Origin: a virus
Lineage: Duplodnaviria; Caudoviricetes
IMG/VR virus record: IMGVR_UViG_3300031998_000031
Location: 32,001-96,000 of that record
Length of the DNA stretch: 64,000 nt
Reading direction: 5' to 3' (one strand)
The translations under genes and the position numbers were made by a program. Below, in pieces: positions 9,739-20,020 of this stretch. Within the stretch, counting starts at the first letter, position 1. Every line of letters starts with the position of its first letter. The notes under the pieces are model-generated. The model was not told the origin of the DNA, made no database searches, and was given only the letters and a program-made list of their open reading frames with translations.

Positions 9739-11478
9739 ATGACTGCTGCTGAATTAGTCAATGTAGTGAAATTCAATGTGGACACGGATAGTCTCCGTGC
9801 TACTGAGAGAACGGCAAAAGCGCTTCAGGGTACTCTTAATAAGTATCTTGGGGCCATCGGTATCGGCCTGAGCATCAGAAGCATCATAAAGATAGTCGAG
9901 GAGTTCAGTGAAGCCAACGATGCACTGAAGGCCGCTCTTGATACCACGGAAAAAATGGCCGATGCGACTGAGCATATCCGCAAAGCGGCCAACGAGAGCA
10001 GGCAGGAATATACGAAGCTTGCCCAGCAGGCTTCGAAGTATGCGGCGTTGGATGTATTCAACGGCGTAGGCGAAGGCGCTGACTTTTCGGCCAACGTCAC
10101 GAAGTGGCTGACGGCGCACGGACATGCCAGCAGCGATGCTACGGTCCAGTCAGCACTGAATAGGGCGATGCAGACCGGGAACATGGTCACCTTGCAGCGC
10201 CTGCTTGCTCAGACTCCTGAGATGTACAAGCTGCTTGCTCAGGCTATGGGCAAGACCACGGACCAGATTAAGCAGATGATGAAGGCGGGAACACTGACGG
10301 CAAAGAACGTCAAGGATGCGTTCCTGAATTCGACCGAAACGATAAACGAGGCATTCGAGCAGACCGATGTATCCATTTCGGACGCGATAAAACACGTTCG
10401 GAACAACTGGGGATTCTTCCTTAATGAGATTCACGAAAGCATCGGCCTCATGGATGCGCTCAGCCGGATGATTAAACGCGGCGCTGATAGGGCGCTTCAG
10501 GCGGGCAGAGCACTGATTCCAAAGATAAAAGAGCTTGTAGATAGACTTGGCGGAGTCGAGAATGTAATCCATGCTATCATGGTTTTAGCCATTCGTCTTG
10601 GTTCCGTGGCTGTAATAGGAGCCATACAAAAGTTCCTTGCAGCATTTTCGGCTATCCCAGCCCCCGTAAAAGTCGCCCTCACTTTACTCTACTCATTCTA
10701 TTTGCTTATCCAAGACCTCATCTATTTCATGAGGGGCGACGGGACAAAGACCGCTCTTGGGCAAGCGTTGGAGGAACTTGGAGTCAACGCTGATGATGTA
10801 CGGGGAAGAATTCAAAAATTCTTTGATGATGGACTTGATTTTCTTCATACGGCAGGCGACGATATTACAGAGTTATCGCAGGGCGCTTTGGGCGCTTTGA
10901 AATTGCTCTTAGATGTACTAAGCGATTTATTCGGGACCCTTCGCGAAATATACCTTACAACTTGCGACATTTTTGGCCTTACCCCAGATACGTTCTTAGG
11001 GACGTTAAAAACCATGGTCGAGGGCTTTAATAAAGCTCTTCAGACTACTATTGACCTGCTCAATCGGTTACTTGGACGCACCATGGAAAGCGATATAAAA
11101 GAGCTTGTGGAACTGGAGCGTCGCGCAGAACGGACAAAAAACGATAACGGAATAATCAGCGGGGCATGGAGGCGGAGTAACGAGCGAAAACTCGCACTTG
11201 CGCAGGACCGCGTGCTCGGCTATTTCGGCGCAGATGACCGCAGCAGCAAAGCTGCAATCGACTACTACACCTCATTAAAGTATGGTACCACACCTACAAA
11301 ATCAACCATATCCGGCGGTTTCGGAGGCGCAATGAGCGCAGCTAAGGCAAACCAGACGGTCAACACCAACGTCACTAACAACTTCAACGTAACTGAAACA
11401 GCCCTTTTGTCAAAGGCTGAAGAGGCCGGAAACACTGTAGTCGACAAGATAAGCAGAGGCGTGAGCACTTTAAGATAG
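9739..11478 (+). CDS. tape measure protein
   Basis: 579 aa, Ala-rich and helical; LAQAMGKTTDQIKQMMKAGTLT motif; hydrophobic middle. Confidence 0.85.
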   Translation: MTAAELVNVVKFNVDTDSLRATERTAKALQGTLNKYLGAIGIGLSIRSIIKIVEEFSEANDALKAALDTTEKMADATEHIRKAANESRQEYTKLAQQASKYAALDVFNGVGEGADFSANVTKWLTAHGHASSDATVQSALNRAMQTGNMVTLQRLLAQTPEMYKLLAQAMGKTTDQIKQMMKAGTLTAKNVKDAFLNSTETINEAFEQTDVSISDAIKHVRNNWGFFLNEIHESIGLMDALSRMIKRGADRALQAGRALIPKIKELVDRLGGVENVIHAIMVLAIRLGSVAVIGAIQKFLAAFSAIPAPVKVALTLLYSFYLLIQDLIYFMRGDGTKTALGQALEELGVNADDVRGRIQKFFDDGLDFLHTAGDDITELSQGALGALKLLLDVLSDLFGTLREIYLTTCDIFGLTPDTFLGTLKTMVEGFNKALQTTIDLLNRLLGRTMESDIKELVELERRAERTKNDNGIISGAWRRSNERKLALAQDRVLGYFGADDRSSKAAIDYYTSLKYGTTPTKSTISGGFGGAMSAAKANQTVNTNVTNNFNVTETALLSKAEEAGNTVVDKISRGVSTLR

Positions 11479-11487
11479 GAGCACGAT

Positions 11488-12081
11488 ATGATTATAGCAA
11501 GACAGCCGGTCAGTATAAACGGAGTCGAGTTCGATGCTCTGATGCAGGAAGAATTAACTCTCACTGCTGAAATCCCTGAATATAGCGTCGACTCTGGATT
11601 CAGTGTCTCTGACGCTATACTCCTGAGCGCGGATGAGCTGAAGATGACTCTTATCGCGAGTGATACTCCAGTGACATGGAGGTATCGGCACGGCGAAAAT
11701 AGGACCGCAACTGTCGTAGATGAGCTGAAGACCCTCTTCTACAACAGGACGCTCTGCACAGTCTCAACAACGAGGCGAACCTATACAAATATGGCCATCG
11801 AAAGCGTGAGCTTTCCCCGGAACGAGACTTCTGGAACGGGGATGGAGATTCCCATCACTCTCAAACAGATTCGGAATACCGCTGTCTCCACCACGACCTA
11901 CCCCGGAACCTACGGGAAATCCGGCACCACAAAAGCGGCTGCCGGGGCGGCGAGCGCAGAAAATAAAAGCGCGGACACCACAAAGGGAAGTGACCTCTAT
12001 AATTACTTCAACTCCGGGAGCAACATAGGCGACACAGCAAAGCGGGTCTATACCGACACATTAAAGGTTTTGGTGAAGTAA
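11488..12081 (+). CDS. tail tube initiator / Dit-like baseplate protein
   Basis: PEYSVDSGFSVSD and YTNMAIESVS motifs; follows the TMP. Confidence 0.7.
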   Translation: MIIARQPVSINGVEFDALMQEELTLTAEIPEYSVDSGFSVSDAILLSADELKMTLIASDTPVTWRYRHGENRTATVVDELKTLFYNRTLCTVSTTRRTYTNMAIESVSFPRNETSGTGMEIPITLKQIRNTAVSTTTYPGTYGKSGTTKAAAGAASAENKSADTTKGSDLYNYFNSGSNIGDTAKRVYTDTLKVLVK

Positions 12082-12084
12082 GGC

Positions 12085-12405
12085 ATGGCTGATAAGATTG
12101 ATTACATCGTGATAAGCGTTCCTGAAATGAATGACAGCATATCAAGAATGACATTTGATAACATCGTCTATAATCTCAGACTCACGTATAATGATACCGG
12201 GGATTTTTGGACCCTTGGATTTTATAATTCGAATGTTGAACCAATAATCCAAGGCATAAAGATTGTTCCGAACACTTCACTCACTCTGCCGTATCTTACA
12301 TACGACATCCCTTTAGGGGCATTTATGGCTTATAGCAAAAAAAGCCATATAGGTCGATATGATTTTAAGAATGGTGAGGCTCAACTTATATTTATTCCGT
12401 TATAG
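12085..12405 (+). CDS. baseplate plug protein
   Basis: 106 aa; RLTYND..FWTL and GIKIVPN motifs; synteny. Confidence 0.65.
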   Translation: MADKIDYIVISVPEMNDSISRMTFDNIVYNLRLTYNDTGDFWTLGFYNSNVEPIIQGIKIVPNTSLTLPYLTYDIPLGAFMAYSKKSHIGRYDFKNGEAQLIFIPL

Positions 12406-12460
12406 TAAATAATTCTATTTATGTAAACATGGAATGTTAAAAACTGGGTAAAAATGTGCG

Positions 12461-12887
12461 TGCGGAATTTCCACGGAAATTCCACGGAAAATCTGCGGAA
12501 ATTCCATGGAAATGCAAAGTTCGCGTGCTACAAACTATCAAATACCTGTAAAGCGCAGTAAAATCAACAGGTGTGGGGTTTTGCGACGTTTAATATTTCC
12601 GCGGAAATTCCACGGAAAATCTGCGGAAATTCCGCGGAATACCTTAAAATTTTATTTTTGCAGCAGCTTGTTGTGACCTGTCACAGCGCATTTTGATGCA
12701 TTATGAAATTTTAAAAATACATGCTCTAAAAACACTATAAATCAACATTTCAAAACTCCTGCAAATCGGTACAAATCGCACAAATTTCAACCACTTCAGT
12801 GTTTTAGTACATTTATAATTCCGCGGAATTTCCGTGGATTTTCCGCGGAATATCTGCGGAAAATCTGTGGAAATTCCTCAGACATTC
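12461..12887. repeat. three clusters of 11-bp quasi-palindromic repeats (YRCGGAAATTC), putative replication origin
   Basis: About 5 copies at 12461-12515, 4 at 12600-12643 and 6 at 12822-12887, in an AT-rich ORF-free gap. Confidence 0.75.
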
Positions 12888-12973
12888 CGCAACTAATCGT
12901 ATCGTACCGTATCTATCTATATAGTGTTATATATAATACTCACACGCAAACTGCCTGAGGTATAGAAGCAACT

Positions 12974-13951
12974 ATGAATTACAACCAGAATTTTGACAGA
13001 CAGTATAGATGCACGATTGGTAATTCTGGTGGCGCTTTTGAGATAGGCGGCGGTCAATATCCTCTTCACATAGCGTTCGACATCAAAAAGGCGGACACTA
13101 AATCAAACAACTCAGCCACAGTTACCATATGGAATCTGAATGACAATCATGTATCAGCCCTTGATGAACCTGATTGCAGATTATTGCTTAAGGCTGGATA
13201 TGGTACGAGGCTATCACAGATATTCGAGGGCACTGTCAGCTACGCATCTACTGAAATGGATGGGGGCGATAGGAAGACTGAGATTGAGCTTGTCGATGGT
13301 TATATCGCGACGAGAGATACTTACATATCTGTTTCGTATAATGAAAAGATAAGCTGGAAAAGCATCATTGATGATGTCGCGAATAAGATGGGCATGGCTG
13401 TATCTTATTCATATAACGCTTCGGAAAACATTACAGATATATCGAGCGGATTTAGTTTTGTGGGCAAAGGTATAGACGTCCTCAGCAAGGCATGCAATTC
13501 GTGTGGGCTGTCTTGGAGTATTCAGAATGGCGTCATACAAATCAAGAAACCGAACGATGTAATGAATACTCAGGTCTATGTGCTTTCTTCAGACACAGGC
13601 TTGATAGGCTGGCCTAAAAAAGTCTCTATGGAGAAGAGTAAGACTAAGGGTGCTGTCAAAAACCTTGGGTATGACGTAAATTTTTTGCTTAATGGGGCTA
13701 TTGAAGTCAATAACTACGTTAAAGTCGAAAGCAAAGCAATCACGGGATTCTACAAGGTATTCAGTATATCTCATAAAGGTGATAATGTGTCTGGGGATTG
13801 GATATCCACCGCAAGGCTCACAGAACTGTCCTCTTCGGGTTCCTCTTCGCTTGGTTCTTCGAAGGATACCACATCGGGTAAATATCATTTTCAGGGCGCT
13901 GCGTACGGAAGTGAGCGTGCCAAGAAAACGAAGCTTAATCAAGTCAAATAG
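12974..13951 (+). CDS. baseplate hub protein
   Basis: ATVTIWNL, LKAGYG, WSIQNG, ISHKGDN motifs. Confidence 0.8.
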   Translation: MNYNQNFDRQYRCTIGNSGGAFEIGGGQYPLHIAFDIKKADTKSNNSATVTIWNLNDNHVSALDEPDCRLLLKAGYGTRLSQIFEGTVSYASTEMDGGDRKTEIELVDGYIATRDTYISVSYNEKISWKSIIDDVANKMGMAVSYSYNASENITDISSGFSFVGKGIDVLSKACNSCGLSWSIQNGVIQIKKPNDVMNTQVYVLSSDTGLIGWPKKVSMEKSKTKGAVKNLGYDVNFLLNGAIEVNNYVKVESKAITGFYKVFSISHKGDNVSGDWISTARLTELSSSGSSSLGSSKDTTSGKYHFQGAAYGSERAKKTKLNQVK

Positions 13952-13960
13952 GGAGGCTGT

Positions 13961-14722
13961 ATGATTCAGGAATTTATGGATAATCTGACTGACCTCATAG
14001 ACGGTTCGATTCAGGGCGTTCATACAGCTATGCCGGGAGTGATTAAGTCTTTCGACCCGGCCACAGGGCTTGCGACAGTGACGCCTACCGGCACCTATAA
14101 GGTCGATGATGAGACGACCTTGCCGTACCCGGATATAAGTTCGGTCCCGGTGATAATCCCACAATCGAGCGGCCAAGGGGTCATATTCGCTTTTCCGATA
14201 AAGGCTGGGGATGGATGCCTGATTGTTTTTTCTGAGCAGTCCACAGACTTATGGCTTTACGGCCAAGAGACGGGCACAGAACTTTCACATGACCTTTCGA
14301 GCGCCATAGCAATCGTTGGTCTAACGAACAAACCGAACCCGCTCATATCTGAGGCGGCGACTTCTAATAAGGCGATAGTCGCGTCGGGCACTACGAAGCT
14401 TTCAATTGGCGGCGGCAAAGTAAGCATAGTCGGCGACCTTGAAGTTAGTGGGAGTATAAGTTCGGGGGCTGGAGTGACGGCGGGAACATCACTGAATGTC
14501 GGGACTACCATTACGTCGCCGTCTTTCAGTACGGGCTCAGGTACTGCGTCGATAACGGGTAATATAAGCGTATCGGGCAATGTGTCAGCTTCGGGTAATG
14601 TATCTGGAAATGAGGTCTCTGGCAGCACTGTGACTGCTGGTGGCGTCAACCTTAGTTCCCATACTCACCCATATTCATGGAGCGAAGGTGCTGGGAGTGG
14701 CACGACTGGTGCGCCAAGCTAA
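13961..14722 (+). CDS. baseplate central spike (gp138/gpV-like)
   Basis: HTAMPGVIKSFDP, FPIKAGDGCL, beta-helix repeats, C-terminal HTH metal-binding motif (SHTH). Confidence 0.85.
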   Translation: MIQEFMDNLTDLIDGSIQGVHTAMPGVIKSFDPATGLATVTPTGTYKVDDETTLPYPDISSVPVIIPQSSGQGVIFAFPIKAGDGCLIVFSEQSTDLWLYGQETGTELSHDLSSAIAIVGLTNKPNPLISEAATSNKAIVASGTTKLSIGGGKVSIVGDLEVSGSISSGAGVTAGTSLNVGTTITSPSFSTGSGTASITGNISVSGNVSASGNVSGNEVSGSTVTAGGVNLSSHTHPYSWSEGAGSGTTGAPS

Positions 14723-14827
14723 AAATCGTCGATTTGAGCGACGAAAAATATCTAAGCGTAAAACTTTCCAGTGTGGAATAAAACTTTTTGCCACGGGGAG
14801 GTTTTTGACCTCAGCTAAGGAGGAAAT

Positions 14828-15181
14828 ATGTTAGATATACTTCTCGAAAAAGATGGGGACATTGCTCTGTCGAATACGTATGACATACAGCTGACTGAGA
14901 GCAAATGTCAGGCGGCTTTGGTCCGGCTGCGGTGGATACTTAATGAGTGGCGGCTTGGTCCCGATTTCGGTTTTCCATGGCTTGAGGACATGCTGGTCAA
15001 GAACCCTAATATTCCTAAAATAAAGCAAGCTATACGTGACGAGATAATGAAAGTCGAAGGTATCGACAGTGCGTATGTCACAGATGTTGAATATGATGCT
15101 GTGAAGCGTAAAGCTTGGTTTTCCTTCAAGATAGCCGTAGGTCAAGAAACGTTTGTAGAAGAGGTGGAATTATATGCCTGA
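14828..15181 (+). CDS. baseplate wedge / sheath initiator
   Basis: RLRWILNEW..GFPW motif; upstream of baseplate J. Confidence 0.75.
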   Translation: MLDILLEKDGDIALSNTYDIQLTESKCQAALVRLRWILNEWRLGPDFGFPWLEDMLVKNPNIPKIKQAIRDEIMKVEGIDSAYVTDVEYDAVKRKAWFSFKIAVGQETFVEEVELYA

Positions 15182-16655
15182 TACTGAATACGGAATAACT
15201 TCAAGCGGCCCGAATATCAAAAGGCTTGATGTGATACTTAACGAGATGCACTCTGACCTCTCTGACCGCTGGGGCGTCAATACGAGGACAAATAAGGAGT
15301 CGCTCCTCAATCATCTTTTAACCAACTTTGCCGACCAGATAGCCCAGCTCTGGGAATTTGGTGCTGAAGTCTATTATTCTCAGTATCCAGCCACTGCTGA
15401 AGGCATATCTCTCGATAATGCGGCTCAGGCTGCCGGTGTCTTTAGGGAGCAGGCCTCTAAGTCGATATATCCGCTTTACTGTACTGGTATCGAGGGCACG
15501 TATCTTGATATGACTACAAGAGTGTCTTCGAGCACGAGCCCTACGGTATATCTGACTATCGTTGAAGGAAGTACGATAGGTTTGGATGAGTGCTACAGTC
15601 TGGTGCTGACTATACCCGGAACGCTCGGAAGGTTTGAGAGTTTTTCTGTGAGCTATCGTATGCCTTCTGGCTCAGGGGGTGCTGGCGGGTACACTGTAGG
15701 GACGAATCCTCCGCAGACTAAGATTCCAGTGCTGAGTGGCCTGCTTGAGGCTATAGTACGAAGCAATCCTGATATATCCGGCGTGGTGGATATTGAGGCG
15801 GAAACATTGACGCTTGTATTCCCGCAGAATTATAAAGTAACTGTATCTTCGAATATGAGCGTTGGTGATGTGACCACTATAATCAACTTTGAGACAGACG
15901 ACTATGGCGACATATATCTTCCTGATAATACTATCACCAAGATAGTAAACGGTCCCCAAGGATTTACCAGCGTAACTAATTCCGGCAACTATATCCACGG
16001 AAGCGACGCTGAAACTGATGATGAATTCAGGCAGTCATACACGGAAAAGATTCTTAAGGAATCGAGCACGATGGCGGAATCTATCAAGGTGGCGCTGCTT
16101 AATATAAATGGCGTGTATAGCGCTGCTGTTTACCAAAACGATGGTGATACGACAGATTCTGACGGACGTTATCCGCACAGTGTTGAAGGCGTGGTATCTT
16201 GTGAAGCTGTCCAGTCTGTATATGAAGAGGTTGCAGCGGCCATATTCAAATATAAGGCTGCTGGCATAAATACCTATGGGAACACTGCTGAAACTGTTAC
16301 TGGAAATAATGGCGAGAGCATCACTGTGCGATTCACTATACCGACAGCGCTGTATATCTGGTGGAAACTCGATATAACCACGCGCAATGTTTCAGATGAG
16401 GTCCCCGAAGATGAGGTAAAACAGATTATCATAAGCTATATATCCTCACTTGCGAGCGGTTCTGTGGTAGTTCCTCAGGAGATGTTCGGAACGCTTTACT
16501 CAAGATATCCATTCATAACGTATATCGACGTCCTACTTTGTTCGACCGATAGTCCGACTCCTGCACCGAGCGGTGCAAGTTATACATACCGCAGCATTGC
16601 TCTGACCCAGCGCCAGAGGGCTGAAACAACCACAGATATGATAAGTTTTACTTAG
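15174..16655 (+). CDS. baseplate J-like wedge protein
   Basis: ATAEGISLD, GSDAETDDEFR, YKAAGINTYG motifs. Confidence 0.85.
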   Translation: MPDTEYGITSSGPNIKRLDVILNEMHSDLSDRWGVNTRTNKESLLNHLLTNFADQIAQLWEFGAEVYYSQYPATAEGISLDNAAQAAGVFREQASKSIYPLYCTGIEGTYLDMTTRVSSSTSPTVYLTIVEGSTIGLDECYSLVLTIPGTLGRFESFSVSYRMPSGSGGAGGYTVGTNPPQTKIPVLSGLLEAIVRSNPDISGVVDIEAETLTLVFPQNYKVTVSSNMSVGDVTTIINFETDDYGDIYLPDNTITKIVNGPQGFTSVTNSGNYIHGSDAETDDEFRQSYTEKILKESSTMAESIKVALLNINGVYSAAVYQNDGDTTDSDGRYPHSVEGVVSCEAVQSVYEEVAAAIFKYKAAGINTYGNTAETVTGNNGESITVRFTIPTALYIWWKLDITTRNVSDEVPEDEVKQIIISYISSLASGSVVVPQEMFGTLYSRYPFITYIDVLLCSTDSPTPAPSGASYTYRSIALTQRQRAETTTDMISFT

Positions 16656-16673
16656 CGAGAATCGGAGCCTAAG

Positions 16674-17267
16674 ATGAGAAACTTTGATTATTCGAAACAA
16701 CTTATAGCCGACCTTGTGGAGCAGTTTAAGGACAAGCCCAGAATAGAGGGCCTTTGCTTGACGATAGCAAAGCAGCTTCAGGATGTCTGTGACTTTTTTG
16801 AAGAACTTGATATCGAGCGCTCTGTCGATACAGCGTTTGGGGCGCAGTTGGACCTGATAGGGGCGGCTGCCGGTATCAGCAGAGACGAGGCTCTTGAGCT
16901 TGCAAGAGAATCAAGCTTCGTTTATGAGGACGATGATGAGGCTTACCGAACATATATTAAATATATGATTTCGAGAAACTCAGCCACGGGCACGTATGAG
17001 GACCTTATGAGGTCCATAAGGATGCAGTGGAACGGAGACGTCAGTTACTCAGAGAACCCCTCTGCACCAGCCACAATCAAGCTTACGACAACAAGGTTTA
17101 CAGGCAATGACATAGCAGGCCTGCTTGATGTCCCGATAGTCAAGGCTGCCGGGGTAAAGGTAGAAACCTATACGACAGCGAGTATCGACGGCAATCTTTA
17201 TGTAGGGGTAAGCCTTATTCAGAGGCGAAGTGATTCTTTTACAATAGGCAGTGAAGAGGAGGAATAA
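16674..17267 (+). CDS. baseplate wedge protein (DUF2612-like)
   Basis: DTAFGAQLDLIG, DDEAYR, VKAAGV motifs. Confidence 0.8.
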   Translation: MRNFDYSKQLIADLVEQFKDKPRIEGLCLTIAKQLQDVCDFFEELDIERSVDTAFGAQLDLIGAAAGISRDEALELARESSFVYEDDDEAYRTYIKYMISRNSATGTYEDLMRSIRMQWNGDVSYSENPSAPATIKLTTTRFTGNDIAGLLDVPIVKAAGVKVETYTTASIDGNLYVGVSLIQRRSDSFTIGSEEEE

Positions 17268-17270
17268 TCT

Positions 17271-18119
17271 ATGGCTGACAATATCCTTACTATCATGACA
17301 ACGCGTGGTATTCAGATGATAACGAATTCCATAGCAGGAGATGAGGTGACGTTTACCCGTCTTGGATTCGGCGATGGGGATATGCCGCAGAATCCAGAAT
17401 CCCGTACATCGCTGGTACATGAGTGCCTTTCATCGAATATCACGGACTTTTCGAGACAGTCTAATTACGTTCGGATAAAAACGGTTTTTGACAGTACAGA
17501 TGTGGCATCCACATTCAACCTGAAAGAGATAGGCGTCTTCGGCACGAGCACTGCATATCCCACAGAACAACTTATAGCGTATATCTACCAGAGCGACCTT
17601 ACCGAAACGGTGCTTGGCGATTCGGACAATAAATTTCTTGAGAACGAGTTCGCTGTGCAGATTATCATAGACGCCTCAGCTCAGGTGACCGCTAATATAG
17701 AATCCTTGGTCTATGTCAGTGAGTCTGAATTTAATGCCCACGCTTTAGATTACAACAATCCACATGGCGTTACGGCGGCGCAGATTGGCACGCAGCGCGT
17801 CAAGACCATTACGGCCACTCTTGGAGCTTCTAACTGGAATACTGTAATCATTAGCCCGGATATTACAGTGTATGATAACTTAATCAGTTTCGGCGCACGG
17901 CCAACGCCATATAGCTCTGATTCTCCTCAGGCCATAGTTTCCTTGGCTCCGCCTCTTACGGCTAACGCCGGTGTCTATATCAACGGAGAAGATGATGCGT
18001 GGGCGTGCGTGTTTGACGCAACGATAACCATGGTCAATTCTAACTGCAATGTAACAGTTCGTGCTTCAAAAAAGCCGTCTATAGATTTGAATGTTGTAGC
18101 CACGATTATAGGGTGGTAA
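17271..18119 (+). CDS. tail fibre protein (tail-collar type N-terminus)
   Basis: FTRLGFGDG, LKEIGVF, NNPHGVTAAQIG motifs. Confidence 0.75.
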   Translation: MADNILTIMTTRGIQMITNSIAGDEVTFTRLGFGDGDMPQNPESRTSLVHECLSSNITDFSRQSNYVRIKTVFDSTDVASTFNLKEIGVFGTSTAYPTEQLIAYIYQSDLTETVLGDSDNKFLENEFAVQIIIDASAQVTANIESLVYVSESEFNAHALDYNNPHGVTAAQIGTQRVKTITATLGASNWNTVIISPDITVYDNLISFGARPTPYSSDSPQAIVSLAPPLTANAGVYINGEDDAWACVFDATITMVNSNCNVTVRASKKPSIDLNVVATIIGW

Positions 18120-18156
18120 TGGCACGTTATTGTAAAAAGATTAAGGAGGATAAACA

Positions 18157-18585
18157 ATGGGCTTTATTATTCCTGTAAATTCGCCAGTCCTCTCCGTAAA
18201 AAGGGGCGGTACAGGCAACACTTCTGTGGATACTGCGCCTACATCAGGAAGCAGCAGGATGGTGACGAGCGGCGGTGTGTACACGGCGCTTAATGGTAAA
18301 CAAAATACGCTCACGTTTGATGAAGCGCCGACTGCTGGCAGCAACAACCCGGTCAAGTCGGGCGGCGTAAAAACGGCGCTTGACGGAAAAGCCAATTCGG
18401 CGCACACTCACTCGGCGACCGATATTGGGTCTGGTATATTGCAAGGCCAAGTGACGGCAAATGATGCGGCGCAGCAGCAGACTCAGATTGCTCAATTGAG
18501 AAACATCAGTATGGGGACTACGAGTTATATTCCGGGCACTACGAACATGGCCAACGGCCAGATTTACATCCAGTATATTCTTTAA
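18157..18585 (+). CDS. tail fibre subunit
   Basis: DxAPTxGSxNPVxSGGV repeats, HTH motif, GQIYIQY end. Confidence 0.7.
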   Translation: MGFIIPVNSPVLSVKRGGTGNTSVDTAPTSGSSRMVTSGGVYTALNGKQNTLTFDEAPTAGSNNPVKSGGVKTALDGKANSAHTHSATDIGSGILQGQVTANDAAQQQTQIAQLRNISMGTTSYIPGTTNMANGQIYIQYIL

Positions 18586-18597
18586 GGAGGCGGACAA

Positions 18598-19854
18598 ATG
18601 CCTTTATATGTGGGGGTCGAAGGAAAGGCCAGAGAGATGGCCGCCTGTTTCGTAGGGGTCGAAGGAAAGGCCAGAGAAGTACAGGCGATTTTTGTGGGAG
18701 TCGAGGGTAAAGCTCGGTTAGTTTACTCCAGTAATATCGACCATATCGAGTGCTACGTAAAAAAAATCGGCATAGGCCAAATGGATACAGCCGGTGTAAT
18801 CACCAACATCGTTTACGATGATTATTCACAAGTGTTTGCTCACGGCGATTTACAGGTCAGCGGCAATAGCATATCCGCGCTTGGATATGCTGGATATGTA
18901 GTAGTTGCATTCATAGGGATGAATGCTGTCTATGCGAGCGGCTACAAGATGGACCTGTATAACGTTCTTGCTCAAGGTAAGACCGTAATTCTCGATGCTT
19001 CAGGCACGCTTGGTTCAGAGACCGCTCAGTATTCAGTCAGAAGCGGGATAGCCCTTGCGAACGAGACGTTATCCATTGATACGAGCGGCATGACTCCGGG
19101 AGTTGCGAGAAACACCGTCGCTCAGGTCCCACAGAACATGTCTTCGACGTGGACGGACAGTGTCTGGAGCCAGACGTTTACCGGCATGAATGACCGCATC
19201 TATCAGGGCACCGTGCCGGGGAACGGGGCATTATCTCTTGCCCTGACTGTAAACAGGGTGAATATTGACGGAACGGATTATAACGTCGTATTTGAAGCTC
19301 TTCCGTATTGGCTGGGTAACTTGTCACACTTCTTGGTCGAATGGAATGGCGCAGCGACCTACGCGGGTTCTTCAGGCTCTTCAATCAACGATGTAACCAT
19401 CGGCTCAGGGCGGAGCATCCTTCTGCAACACGGGGAATTATCCATATCCGAATCATCCGTCTATATCAAGACGAACGAGATTACGCCGTACGTATACACC
19501 ACGAATTATATTTATGGCAACATGTATGCTGTACTCAGAGATGGTTCGAGAATCGCAGTTGGTTCCCCGGCAGATATTGGTTCTTATTCGGTGGTGGCTA
19601 ATCTAAACTATTCAAATTATTCCTATAATGCAGTTGCGCCCGTCCCTTATTGTTGGGGGCTTGGAGATACTTCAGCCACGAGTATTACCTCAGGAAACTT
19701 TACGCGAGTATATTCAAACGGCGGAAGTTTTGGCCTGCGGTGTATTTGTGGTATGTGGAATGGTGTAGGAACGCAGGCTTTCAACCTAAATGCAGTGAAT
19801 GTTTCGTGCCATGGCAAGTCTTATCCTCTTAAGTTCTCGGACGCCGTGCAGTAG
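18598..19854 (+). CDS. putative receptor-binding/tail protein
   Basis: Three N-terminal VGVEGKAR repeats, beta-rich body. Confidence 0.6.
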   Translation: MPLYVGVEGKAREMAACFVGVEGKAREVQAIFVGVEGKARLVYSSNIDHIECYVKKIGIGQMDTAGVITNIVYDDYSQVFAHGDLQVSGNSISALGYAGYVVVAFIGMNAVYASGYKMDLYNVLAQGKTVILDASGTLGSETAQYSVRSGIALANETLSIDTSGMTPGVARNTVAQVPQNMSSTWTDSVWSQTFTGMNDRIYQGTVPGNGALSLALTVNRVNIDGTDYNVVFEALPYWLGNLSHFLVEWNGAATYAGSSGSSINDVTIGSGRSILLQHGELSISESSVYIKTNEITPYVYTTNYIYGNMYAVLRDGSRIAVGSPADIGSYSVVANLNYSNYSYNAVAPVPYCWGLGDTSATSITSGNFTRVYSNGGSFGLRCICGMWNGVGTQAFNLNAVNVSCHGKSYPLKFSDAVQ

Positions 19855-19949
19855 GCGAGATAGCCAAGGTCTATTCACACATTTACACGCTTTTACACTA
19901 TTATTCATCTGTTAAACGTTTTATAGTTATAATAAGGATATCCCAGTTT

Positions 19950-20000
19950 AAAGAGGCTTGCCGGTTTCTTACTACTCACTCCTTTTCCGGCAAGCTCTTT
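19950..20000 (+). promoter_or_regulatory. hairpin with anti-SD-like loop upstream of the 20021 gene
   Basis: AAAGAG-GCTTGCCGG...CCGGCAAGC-TCTTT stem, CTCCTTT in the loop, TATAAT upstream. Confidence 0.45.
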
Positions 20001-20020
20001 AATTTGTATAGGAGAGTCGC

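Noticed and set aside
12461-12887. CRISPR array
   Set aside because: 11-bp tandem units without unique spacers; no cas genes
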